A DNA stretch of 54,524 bases from positions 1 through 54,524 of the IMG/VR virus record IMGVR_UViG_3300031951_000211, one strand, 5' to 3'. The DNA is from a virus (lineage: Duplodnaviria > Caudoviricetes). Position numbers and translations under genes: made by a program. The notes under the pieces were generated by a model. The model saw only the letters and a program-made list of their open reading frames with translations. It had not been told where the DNA came from and did no database searches. This document shows positions 29,020-37,096 of the stretch, one piece after another. Within the stretch, counting starts at the first letter, position 1. Each line of letters starts with the position of its first letter.

Positions 29020-29082
29020 TGGTGGACCAGGCGGGAGTCGAACCCGCGTCCAAGACACTTTTCTCGTTGCTTCATACAACCA
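29020..29082 (-). ncRNA. ssrA: tmRNA acceptor piece
   Basis: GGACGCGGGTTCGACTCCCGCCTGGTCCACCA pairs with GGGCCAG to give G3-U70; lies upstream of the coding piece. Confidence 0.93.
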
Positions 29083-29085
29083 TAA

Positions 29086-29346
29086 TTAAATTGCTTCTAT
29101 AGTTTTAGAAACAATTGTTTTACCGTATTTTTCTGCTAAACTTGTAACGTAGTCTAACCACTGTTGTGCACTGGTTTCGTCCTGAAATTCAATAGTTGCA
29201 CTAAAATTAGTGTTATTAATAGTCGGTATACCTGTGGTTTTTTCTATTGCTACTAAACTGTTTAAAAATGCTCTTCTTTCAGAAACAAATTGTTCGTTAT
29301 CGTACAAATCTGACTTTGTAGCCCACTGTACTGTAGTTCTAAACAT
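29086..29346 (-). CDS. Hypothetical protein
   Basis: AT-rich cassette; weak similarity to 29771-30028. Confidence 0.65.
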   Translation of the reverse strand: MFRTTVQWATKSDLYDNEQFVSERRAFLNSLVAIEKTTGIPTINNTNFSATIEFQDETSAQQWLDYVTSLAEKYGKTIVSKTIEAI

Positions 29347-29349
29347 ATA

Positions 29350-29769
29350 TTACTTTCTTATCTGTCTGCTAAGCTTTTTGGCGTAAGCACCATTTGGTAT
29401 CATTTCTGGAGAAATAATATCGTCTGATACGTCAGTGTCTCGCAAGCCATGTACGCAGTAGGCTGTTGTATTAGGCTCAAGTGCTGTTAACTTATGTTCT
29501 ATATCTTTGTTTATATAAATCATTGCAGGAGCAGTAAAGATTGTTGTTTCTTGTCCTACTTCTACTAATAGTTTACCTGTTGCAAGTAGTGTTAAATGAT
29601 CGAAACTATGTTTATGCCCCTGCTCGGTATGGCCTGCTTGTTTAAAACACATTTGACGAACAAACATATTTGCAACACACCCAAGTGCCACTTGTGGGGC
29701 GTCAGTTCTTGTTGATCCTGGATAAAATACCTCTATACCAGAAGAGGCTGCTGTAGGTGGCTCTATCAT
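29350..29769 (-). CDS. Cupin-domain protein
   Basis: GHKHSFDHLTLLATG...IEHKLTALE...YCVH. Confidence 0.8.
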   Translation of the reverse strand: MIEPPTAASSGIEVFYPGSTRTDAPQVALGCVANMFVRQMCFKQAGHTEQGHKHSFDHLTLLATGKLLVEVGQETTIFTAPAMIYINKDIEHKLTALEPNTTAYCVHGLRDTDVSDDIISPEMIPNGAYAKKLSRQIRK

Positions 29770-29770
29770 A

Positions 29771-30028
29771 TTATAGTAATTCTATATTTAGTATTGCAAT
29801 ACTATCTTGGTAGGACTCGTATATTGCCGTAGCTTCAGTTACAAAAGCTTCTCCGCTTGCTATATCTATAAATCTTATTTCAATAGTGCTATCATCTATA
29901 AGAATAAAGTCACCTATTATTTTGCCTTGTGATTTATACCTTTGAAGCAGCTGTACTATAGCATTCTTTTTGGCTACAGAACTTTCTTCTCCAATAGGCG
30001 TACCTATTTTTGCTACTACTGATATCAT
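29771..30028 (-). CDS. Hypothetical protein
   Basis: AT-rich cassette ORF. Confidence 0.6.
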   Translation of the reverse strand: MISVVAKIGTPIGEESSVAKKNAIVQLLQRYKSQGKIIGDFILIDDSTIEIRFIDIASGEAFVTEATAIYESYQDSIAILNIELL

Positions 30029-30555
30029 ACTATTTTTCTTGTAATATCAACATAACCCTGATGGGTATACGCATCAGGGTAATATTTTTTAATCATAGCT
30101 TCATGTACTGGCCCATCACTTTGACCTTTCCAGTTTACTGAAGCAGACGTCATCTGAACACCATTACGCCATTTTTCAATGGCTAGGAAAACGGCTCCAG
30201 CATCTGTGTTGAATGCAGCACCATGACTGCTATCAGCGGTAAGCAATGGCCCTGCTTTTCCTAATACGGCCATAGTATTCATAGCCCCTATTTGAACCAT
30301 AAATAGCTCTATATCAGGATGGTAATGTTCAGCAGCTTTAGTGTGTGGATTTACTAAGTAAAGTTCTACCTGATAAACATCGTGTCTAAAAATAACTATT
30401 GATGTAACTTGACCTGTGTTATATACAGCAGATTCTGCAGGTATTCTAATAGGTACTTTGTTATCTAAATACCAACGACTGAATTCTTTTAAAGAATCCC
30501 AAGTTTTTGGTACTTGTAAGGATTCGTGATAGTTGAAAAAATTTATAGAACTCAT
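30025..30555 (-). CDS. Cupin-like protein
   Basis: YQVELYL, EHYHPDIE, SHGA. Confidence 0.65.
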   Translation of the reverse strand: MSSINFFNYHESLQVPKTWDSLKEFSRWYLDNKVPIRIPAESAVYNTGQVTSIVIFRHDVYQVELYLVNPHTKAAEHYHPDIELFMVQIGAMNTMAVLGKAGPLLTADSSHGAAFNTDAGAVFLAIEKWRNGVQMTSASVNWKGQSDGPVHEAMIKKYYPDAYTHQGYVDITRKIV

Positions 30556-30568
30556 TTTTATTTATAAA

Positions 30569-30681
30569 ACCATATTTTAGCACACTACCCAAGCTAGGTG
30601 CTCCTAGTTACCCGCGGAAGGTGTGCGTACGTTTACTCCGCATTTATGCATTAAGTGGCAAGTAATGTGCTAAAATATGGT
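30569..30681 (-). ncRNA. CCA-paired trailer element 3' of tRNA-Thr
   Basis: 20-bp inverted repeat ACCATATTTTAGCACATTAC/GTAGTGTGCTAAAATATGGT. Confidence 0.75.
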
Positions 30682-30751
30682 GCCCCAGTAAGGAATCGAA
30701 CCTTCTTTTGATGCTTACAAGGCAACTGTAATACCAATATACTACAAGGGC
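30678..30751 (-). tRNA. tRNA-Thr (TGT)
   Basis: Cloverleaf, CCA. Confidence 0.9.
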
Positions 30752-30866
30752 ATGGGCAACAGTTTTTATAGAACCGCTGCGATAAAACTACTAACTGTGA
30801 ACTTATGCCTTCTCCGTTAGCGATTGGGCAGCCCGTATTTTTTGCCATCAGGGACTTTGGCTAAAC

Positions 30867-30943
30867 TGGAGTTGGTGACAGGACTCGAACCTGCATAAAA
30901 CGGATTTGCAATCCGTGGCCTAGCCGTTCGGCTACACACCAAC
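30867..30943 (-). tRNA. tRNA-Cys (GCA)
   Basis: Cloverleaf, U73, CCA; lengthened acceptor-D linker. Confidence 0.9.
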
Positions 30944-30944
30944 A

Positions 30945-31148
30945 TTAAATTTGACGAGTACGCACACAGGTTTCAAAACTATCCCAGCAACGCTCAAATT
31001 TCATTTGATACATTTGCTTGAGTCCGATCAAGTAGTTTTGCTTTTGATCTTCATCTAGCTTATCCCAATGATCTAACATTAGCTGAATGTCATCACAAAC
31101 ATTCCAGCACTGCATAATATTTTGTTCTAAGTCAAAGCGGTCAGTCAT
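30945..31148 (-). CDS. Hypothetical protein
   Basis: DRFDLEQNIMQCWNVCDDI, a common phage ORF. Confidence 0.7.
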   Translation of the reverse strand: MTDRFDLEQNIMQCWNVCDDIQLMLDHWDKLDEDQKQNYLIGLKQMYQMKFERCWDSFETCVRTRQI

Positions 31149-31149
31149 T

Positions 31150-31620
31150 TTAGTTTGCTAATATAAATTTTAGTCGGTCAGCAGCATAGCTTGCTGCAAA
31201 AGCATTGGGTTTAACTTGAGCATCTACGTTACAAGTACCTTTGATATAACCAATAGCTTGTTGTACAACACAGCTAGAGCCGTATAGCAAATTAGGGTTA
31301 ATATCTAAATGCACCTCAACATGACGATCTTGTAACACATCACTTAGCTCATGAAATAGGTCTGATACTTTGTAAACTTCTTGCATTAAGCGTAAGGCAG
31401 GCTTTGACACTTTTTGGTCAAAGTCGCGTTCTCTGGTAATAGTTCCAAAAATTTTGCAACCGTGATTGCCGTCAATGTGTACTACCACTGCTAGCGTGTA
31501 GTCAGCGTGCCATACACCATTAACTTTAACACGCTCTGAATCGGCACCAAGATAAATCTTAGTTTCTGGTGATTGTGCTGCAATAAAGTCTCGGACTTCT
31601 TGTAAGTTAAATTCGTGCAT
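31150..31620 (-). CDS. RNase H-like YkuK-family protein
   Basis: IYLGADS, RLMQEV, EVHLDIN, KPNAFAASYAAD. Confidence 0.85.
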   Translation of the reverse strand: MHEFNLQEVRDFIAAQSPETKIYLGADSERVKVNGVWHADYTLAVVVHIDGNHGCKIFGTITRERDFDQKVSKPALRLMQEVYKVSDLFHELSDVLQDRHVEVHLDINPNLLYGSSCVVQQAIGYIKGTCNVDAQVKPNAFAASYAADRLKFILAN

Positions 31621-31633
31621 GATAGTTGTTGTG

Positions 31634-31710
31634 TGGAGGGTCTGGAGGAAGTCGAATCCCCAACCTCTTGGTTCGTAGCCAAGTGCTCTCATCCATTGAG
31701 CTACAGACCC
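31634..31710 (-). tRNA. tRNA-Arg (ACG)
   Basis: Cloverleaf, CCA. Confidence 0.93.
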
Positions 31711-31715
31711 GTATG

Positions 31716-31789
31716 TGGCAGAGGGACTAGGGATCGAACCTAGAACGCATGAATCAAAATCGTGTGTGATACCATTTCACCATCCCCCA
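31716..31789 (-). tRNA. tRNA-Gln (TTG)
   Basis: Cloverleaf, CCA. Confidence 0.9.
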
Positions 31790-31790
31790 A

Positions 31791-31947
31791 CAAATTTTAT
31801 AGCTGTTCTACTGTGATTTTAAGGAGATTAGTCTCCACCTATATGTATGTTACAACACTTTGTACACCATGTGCGCCGGTGCTATAGGCTAGGTATACCC
31901 TAGTAGATAGGCTGTGCACTCATTTTCTTTCACAGCTATAAAATTTG
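31791..31947 (-). ncRNA. CCA-paired trailer element 3' of tRNA-Asn
   Basis: 16-bp inverted repeat CAAATTTTATAGCTGT/ACAGCTATAAAATTTG. Confidence 0.7.
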
Positions 31948-32020
31948 GCTCCACAGGCAGGGATCGAACCTACGACCAATTGATTAACAGTCAACTGCAC
32001 TACCGCTGTGCTACTGTGGA
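31946..32020 (-). tRNA. tRNA-Asn (GTT)
   Basis: Cloverleaf, CCA. Confidence 0.95.
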
Positions 32021-32148
32021 ATATTATTTTAGCATACAACATACGCTAAAATAATAGTGCTGCTTACGATATACAGCGTGACATTGTCGTAGTCACCGAT
32101 TGGGTTACGGACGCTCTAACCGGAACATCACGGACCTAAGGCAGGTTT

Positions 32149-32223
32149 TGGCGGTCTTAAGGGGTAACGATCCCCTTCTTCAAGCGTGACAGGCTTGTGT
32201 GCGTCCATGAACACTTTAAGACC
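32149..32223 (-). tRNA. tRNA-Asp (GTC)
   Basis: Cloverleaf, CCA. Confidence 0.9.
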
Positions 32224-32228
32224 ATATT

Positions 32229-32312
32229 TGGTACGACTGGAGGGACTTGAACCCTCAATCAATGAAGCGGCAGATTTTAAGTCTGCTGTGTATACCATTC
32301 CACCACAGTCGC
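32229..32312 (-). tRNA. tRNA-Leu (TAA)
   Basis: Cloverleaf, CCA. Confidence 0.93.
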
Positions 32313-32317
32313 GTTAT

Positions 32318-32399
32318 TGGTGGAGAAGGAGGGGATCGAACCCACTTGCCGAAGCCACGACTTTACAGGCCGCTGTCCTACCATTAGAACATCTTCTCC
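32318..32399 (-). tRNA. tRNA-Tyr (GTA)
   Basis: Cloverleaf with variable arm, CCA. Confidence 0.88.
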
Positions 32400-32451
32400 G
32401 CTTTAAAAGATAATTATACCCGATTCAGCAATCTGCGGCAAATCTAAATTT

Positions 32452-32526
32452 TGGCACGCCCCCACGGACTCGAACCGTGACTAATAGTTTTGGAGACTAA
32501 CGTGCTGCCAATTACACTAGGGACAT
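32452..32526 (-). tRNA. tRNA-Trp (CCA)
   Basis: Cloverleaf, CCA. Confidence 0.9.
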
Positions 32527-32585
32527 ATAATTGCCCCACACTTCTAACACCAGACTGACTACTGGCTAGGGTCGTGGGATTCTGT

Positions 32586-32660
32586 TGGTGGTTTTGGTGG
32601 GATTCGAACTCACGACCAACGCCGTATGAAGACGGTGCACTACCGCTGTGCTACAAAACC
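32586..32660 (-). tRNA. tRNA-Met (CAT), elongator
   Basis: Cloverleaf, CCA. Confidence 0.9.
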
Positions 32661-33001
32661 AAAAAGCCAGAGAAAGTCTCTGGCCAGTAAAATTTGGGCC
32701 GGTTACATTCTCCGGCGACACATTTCGTTGTGCCTGAAGACATTGACGCTGTTTAAAGTCCATTAAAGGGGCATAGTCTGTAGCCTTAAGTAAACAGATA
32801 CATAGTTATTTTTGTGTCAGGAAAACTTTAACCCCGTGAGAGCAGCCCATCTTGTTTTCGCTTCAGCGGACGCAGGATAATGCCTTTTCGCATTAATTTG
32901 TATACAAGCCTGCAATTGTAGTTAACTGGGTACTAATCTCCCTGTATAGCCGGAGCACACCGGTAGCTTACGCTAGTCTAGCAATACGTGCTTTTACAAT
33001 T

Positions 33002-33072
33002 TGGTTGCGGGGGAAGGATTCGAACCTTCTAGGCGGAGCTTATGAGACTTGCCTCTACCCTGACTCCCCGCG
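33002..33072 (-). tRNA. Degenerate initiator tRNA-fMet (CAT)
   Basis: CGCGGGG/CCCCGCA with C1-A72 mismatch; shrunken D arm. Confidence 0.75.
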
Positions 33073-33122
33073 ATATATTAATATTATACCGGAATTGCTA
33101 AATATATTCAAGTATAAAATTT

Positions 33123-33338
33123 TTATGGCAAAGCTGTAAGTTTTTCGTTTACTGAGCTTAACAATGCTGGGTCACTTGGTGACTGGTATATTCTGTCAAA
33201 TTTTAGTTCGTAGGTATCCAACTGTTTAAAGACACCTTCAGCAATTTCTTGCGTTATACTAACCCTAACCGTTGTTTCGTGGGGTAAGCTGTTAGTGCTC
33301 ATATAAACAATAGTTACTATTTTGTTTGATAAATCCAT
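33123..33338 (-). CDS. Hypothetical protein
   Basis: Last ORF of the AT-rich six-gene cassette. Confidence 0.6.
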   Translation of the reverse strand: MDLSNKIVTIVYMSTNSLPHETTVRVSITQEIAEGVFKQLDTYELKFDRIYQSPSDPALLSSVNEKLTALP

Positions 33339-33790
33339 TATAAAAAACTCCAAATTCTAGCAGTATATCTTAAATATATTGACGTTTGTCCGGGTATTAT
33401 ATCCCCATAATTAGTTCTTCGGTAAGTAGAAAATCTTAAAGTATTATTTATCGAATCAATACATAATGCTTCGCTGTCTACTGCAGCCTGATTACTTACA
33501 TTTCTTCCAAAAAAATCTACAAGAATCGGACCACTAACAGGAATTTCTCTATTAATTAATGCAGAGTTTAGGTCAGCTTGACCACTAGCACTTAGAATTT
33601 TAATTGTTAGTACTAATATATCTTGTGGCTGTAGAGTTTCTAATCCAACAAAACTCACACTATTAGGCCCCACAAAAACTTCCTGATTTCTATACAGTCT
33701 TTGATACAATAACTTATTATTGCTATTGAATTTTTCCACTCCAAAGGAGTTATTTATTTTAATTAAGGAGTCTGATACTACTACGGTCAT
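33338..33790 (-). CDS. Tail-tip/fibre-like beta protein
   Basis: IKINNSFGVEKFNSNNKLLY N-terminal motif. Confidence 0.5.
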   Translation of the reverse strand: MTVVVSDSLIKINNSFGVEKFNSNNKLLYQRLYRNQEVFVGPNSVSFVGLETLQPQDILVLTIKILSASGQADLNSALINREIPVSGPILVDFFGRNVSNQAAVDSEALCIDSINNTLRFSTYRRTNYGDIIPGQTSIYLRYTARIWSFL

Positions 33791-34521
33791 GGTGTTACTG
33801 CCAATGCTATTTTTATTGGATTTCTAGAAATATACATAGATTGTGGTCTAACAAAAACACCCAGGCTATTATAGGGGGCTAGTTGAGCTAGAGTAACTAC
33901 TGTAGCATTGTTATAACCGTCTACCACAGTAGTTGTATAATTAACGTGTTCGTTGGCTTGATAGTTAAGTAGAAATATTCCACCTGCAGGATTTATTGGA
34001 CCAGGCGGCAAGTTAAGTATAATGGGGTATATCATAAGACTAATTGTATTATACGCCCTATTGCCGTACTGATCAGTAAGACCTTCATTTCTACCAAAAA
34101 GGGATACTTGCCATTTATAAATAGCTTGAGTGCTCTCAGTTATTCCTGTATTGTTATTATAATAAGTAACACTTCGCCAACTAGGGGTTTCAAAAACTCT
34201 AGACCCTGATGTACGCTCCCAGGCACGGCTAAATTGTAAACTTGCGCTTCCGGTCAGGTTTGGCACTTCGTAGCCAATGTCTCTGCTAAAATTAGTATTA
34301 AAAGGAGCGTAAAAGTAATTAGTACCTGAAAAAAAGCCGCTGGTTGTGTCGTCGACGATACTATTTTGCCCATAGATCATAGGGCTTCGGGTGTTGCCGC
34401 CAGCAAATAACTCACCGCTTGGATCTGTTTTTAAGTACAAATTATTAGTATTAAAAGTTATATTTCCATTTGCATTGCGTGTTATTATTTGTTGAGGAGT
34501 AATGCTTATTCGTTCACTCAA
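33787..34521 (-). CDS. Tail-tip/fibre-like beta protein
   Basis: IITRNANGNITFNTNNLYLK; Asn/Thr/Tyr-rich. Confidence 0.5.
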   Translation of the reverse strand: MSERISITPQQIITRNANGNITFNTNNLYLKTDPSGELFAGGNTRSPMIYGQNSIVDDTTSGFFSGTNYFYAPFNTNFSRDIGYEVPNLTGSASLQFSRAWERTSGSRVFETPSWRSVTYYNNNTGITESTQAIYKWQVSLFGRNEGLTDQYGNRAYNTISLMIYPIILNLPPGPINPAGGIFLLNYQANEHVNYTTTVVDGYNNATVVTLAQLAPYNSLGVFVRPQSMYISRNPIKIALAVTP

Positions 34522-34780
34522 TTACAAGTACCTCCACATTGGGCAAACTAAAAGCAGGTATATCTTCGCCATAAGCAATTGTTTGACACGCAACAAAAAT
34601 ATTACCTGTTGCAGCATCAAAAGTACCATAAAATGTACGATAACCACCTGCGTAGGTTACTCTATACCCATTAGCATATTCTACACCATTAACAACAAGC
34701 ATTATGTAAGGATTAGGTATCGTGGTGTTTCCAACGTATATTTCTTCTATTCTTTGACTTGGTACAAAAGCTGAACCCAT
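34514..34780 (-). CDS. Hypothetical beta-rich protein
   Basis: Translationally coupled ORF. Confidence 0.6.
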   Translation of the reverse strand: MGSAFVPSQRIEEIYVGNTTIPNPYIMLVVNGVEYANGYRVTYAGGYRTFYGTFDAATGNIFVACQTIAYGEDIPAFSLPNVEVLVIE

Positions 34781-34788
34781 ATATTTCC

Positions 34789-35355
34789 TTAAACTATTTC
34801 GCCAGTTTCACGAATAAATTTGGTATCTGTGCCAAGTACATCAAATACTTTCATCCAAAGCTTCTTAAGTGGAGTAAATATCCAACCCCAGCTATTATAA
34901 CCATAGTACCACTTTGCATAATAAACCGCAGGAGTGGCAAAAGTAGCAATAATTAAAAACTTAATTAATTTGTATTCTCGCATTAGTGGAACCACAACTT
35001 CTGCTAGTTTATAGTACCCACGTTTGTTTCTTTCAGTAATGTGTTCGTCTCTGTATCGTCTAATAACGGCATCTAATACTCCTGTGCCATATCTTGCCTC
35101 TAATACAATAAAACAGCATCCACTACAACCCTTACTTCCATCCTCCCAACTAAAAACACCACGAGGTTGGGCAGGAAAAGTTAGTGTGCCTGTGTTTATT
35201 TTTTGACGAATTTGTACATAGGGTAGATTGCTGTGAAAAAATAAGTTTTGTCGATTAGCAATTGGGTTACTAATGGCGTTAGCAACATTTATATCGGCTG
35301 TGCCAATAAGCATTGTGCCACTATTTCCATCTACATACAGCCTTCTAGTTGACAT
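34789..35355 (-). CDS. Protein with CFI-box-CTERM-like domain
   Basis: GCSGCCFIVLEARYG...IRRYRDE...GYY; N-terminal FFHSNLPYV. Confidence 0.6.
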   Translation of the reverse strand: MSTRRLYVDGNSGTMLIGTADINVANAISNPIANRQNLFFHSNLPYVQIRQKINTGTLTFPAQPRGVFSWEDGSKGCSGCCFIVLEARYGTGVLDAVIRRYRDEHITERNKRGYYKLAEVVVPLMREYKLIKFLIIATFATPAVYYAKWYYGYNSWGWIFTPLKKLWMKVFDVLGTDTKFIRETGEIV

Positions 35356-35881
35356 ATCTATAACACCCTAATATTTTATTATAATCAATTGTGTCTATGC
35401 TAGATAGTCTGCCAGGTAAGTGGTGCAGTATTTTATTTTCTGCTACGCAAACACCAACATGATTATTTGGAATAACTTCTGTTACGGCATCTGCGTACAC
35501 TAAGCAATCCCCTCTAGCAGGGTTGCTAACTTCGCAAAAATTGTTGTCTTCATACCACAAACGCATACCTGATTTGTAGTATTTTAAGAATTGTTTATTT
35601 GAAATAGTATTATAGATATTTCCAAAACTTGTGTGCAAGTGATCGTCAAGCCACTCTGTAAATAAGGTAATACAGTCAGAGCGTTTTAACACGTAAGCTC
35701 TAGCCAAGTAACTCTTTTCGGGTGCTATTGGCGCCCATGTTTTTTGTTGCTTGTTTAAGTATATTGAGTACTGTTTAAACTCGTAGGATACGGTAAATAG
35801 TCCACACTCGTCTTCAACTAACAGTCCTCGAACTAAGGAGAATTGCTTGCCTACCTTGTCTGCAAAAAAGTTATAATCCAT
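35345..35881 (-). CDS. NlpC/P60 peptidase (lambda tail K-like)
   Basis: SDCITL, GDCLVY, NHVGVCV...ILHH. Confidence 0.8.
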   Translation of the reverse strand: MDYNFFADKVGKQFSLVRGLLVEDECGLFTVSYEFKQYSIYLNKQQKTWAPIAPEKSYLARAYVLKRSDCITLFTEWLDDHLHTSFGNIYNTISNKQFLKYYKSGMRLWYEDNNFCEVSNPARGDCLVYADAVTEVIPNNHVGVCVAENKILHHLPGRLSSIDTIDYNKILGCYRYVN

Positions 35882-35886
35882 AGACT

Positions 35887-35920
35887 AAAACACCCCAAAC
35901 CTAAATTTGGGGTGTAAAAA
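35887..35920. terminator. Hairpin / possible terminator
   Basis: ACACCCCAAA...TTTGGGGTGT. Confidence 0.55.
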
Positions 35921-36103
35921 TTAAATCATTGTGGTATGTTTGTGAGTTTCTACTGCTTTGCTGTATTTTTCGTACTGCTCAATCCAGTAATTTAACTCTT
36001 TACTGTTTTGTGGATTTTTCGATTCCAAGTACGTTTCAAGCAGCTCGTGCTCTGGTCTAAACACTGATTTAAGCACACGCAGTGCATAGTTTAGGCCGCT
36101 CAT
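35921..36103 (-). CDS. Small hypothetical protein
   Basis: LETYLESKNPQNSKELNYWIEQYE. Confidence 0.6.
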   Translation of the reverse strand: MSGLNYALRVLKSVFRPEHELLETYLESKNPQNSKELNYWIEQYEKYSKAVETHKHTTMI

Positions 36104-36333
36104 TTTTGATTTACGAATTCGTAAAACTGTTTTGACTTAGCCAACACTTCACCAAAGTCAAAAGGCTTTGGCATAAACTTTTCCATCATTTCTTTGTTGG
36201 CAAGAGTTTTGTCAGTGATGTTATCAAACATTTCTTGTGCAAATTCTAGGTTTGCTGCATACTCAGCTTGCATAAGCTCAGCAGTCATCTTCAAGATTTC
36301 AAGACGAATTTCAAAAGGAGATTTATTACTCAT
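36100..36333 (-). CDS. Conserved small phage protein
   Basis: KSPFEIRLEILKM...FYEFVN. Confidence 0.7.
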   Translation of the reverse strand: MSNKSPFEIRLEILKMTAELMQAEYAANLEFAQEMFDNITDKTLANKEMMEKFMPKPFDFGEVLAKSKQFYEFVNQK

Positions 36334-36403
36334 TGTAGTTCCTGTGTGTTGTGTGTAAAGTGCAGGCTTTTCACCTGCTTGGAGCGCTATTTCAGCTCAT
36401 GTG

Positions 36404-36478
36404 TGGTACTGAGGGAGGATTCCGAGACCTCGACCTATCGCTTATCAAGCGAGTGCTCTGCCGCTGAGCTACCCCAGT
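36404..36478 (-). tRNA. tRNA-Ile (GAT)
   Basis: Cloverleaf, atypical T loop, CCA. Confidence 0.88.
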
Positions 36479-36487
36479 AAAATTGTG

Positions 36488-36563
36488 TGGTGCCTCGAAC
36501 TGGAGTCGAACCAGTGACACACGGATTTTCAATCCGCTGCTCTACCGCCTGAGCTACCAAGGC
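36488..36563 (-). tRNA. tRNA-Phe (GAA)
   Basis: Cloverleaf, CCA. Confidence 0.95.
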
Positions 36564-36777
36564 CTTGCCAAGTATTAATAGTTTGCCACTGTTCGGCTTC
36601 GTAGCTGTCGCAGTCAATACGCCAAGGGCAGGTGCTTAGTATCTGTGTTGAGCAGTCGTCGTTGCCCCAGCAAACTGGCGGTTCTGTGCCACGTAGTACC
36701 ACTATTTGTTTGTGTACTAATTCACGTCGATTAGCTAAACTAGCTTCTTTGTCTAAGAGTTCTTGGATGTTTGACAT
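36529..36777 (-). CDS. Hypothetical Cys-containing protein (3' end runs into tRNA-Phe)
   Basis: PPVCWGNDDCSTQILSTCPWRIDC. Confidence 0.45.
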   Translation of the reverse strand: MSNIQELLDKEASLANRRELVHKQIVVLRGTEPPVCWGNDDCSTQILSTCPWRIDCDSYEAEQWQTINTWQGLGSSGGRAAD

Positions 36778-36986
36778 TGGCAATTTCCTGGGCAGACAGT
36801 CGAGTTTCGATCTCGGTCTACGACTTTCACAGAGTCGGGTGCTTCCATTACACTACCTGCTGCATTGTTTTTGGGCTTGGCATGAATAGCGGCTTCTGCT
36901 GCTCGGCACGCTTTTAGGGTGTCAAACTGACAGCGACCACGTTCGCCATACTTCCACTTACCGTTAGCACATTTCATGCAAGGCAT
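36753..36986 (-). CDS. Small Cys-rich protein (frame reads through tRNA-His)
   Basis: MPCMKCANGKWKYGERGRCQFDT with AAGGA RBS. Confidence 0.45.
   Translation of the reverse strand: MPCMKCANGKWKYGERGRCQFDTLKACRAAEAAIHAKPKNNAAGSVMEAPDSVKVVDRDRNSTVCPGNCQCQTSKNS
36789..36863 (-). tRNA. tRNA-His (GTG)
   Basis: G-1:C73, bulged acceptor stem, CCA. Confidence 0.82.
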
Positions 36987-36999
36987 AAATTCCTTTGTT

Positions 37000-37087
37000 T
37001 GGCGGAATACGTAGGAATCGAACCTACCCACCCATTACTGAATGACAGATTAGCAATCTGTTGCCTTAACCGCTCGGCCAGTATTCC
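37000..37087 (-). tRNA. tRNA-Ser (GCT)
   Basis: Cloverleaf with long variable arm. Confidence 0.95.
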
Positions 37088-37096
37088 ATATTTATT

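Noticed and set aside
28805-29079. ORF-track ORFs 28805..29002 and 28867..29079
   Set aside because: They overlap the tmRNA pieces. Similar ORFs over tRNAs (32186, 32566, 36435, 37567, 38204, 51898) are also treated as spurious.
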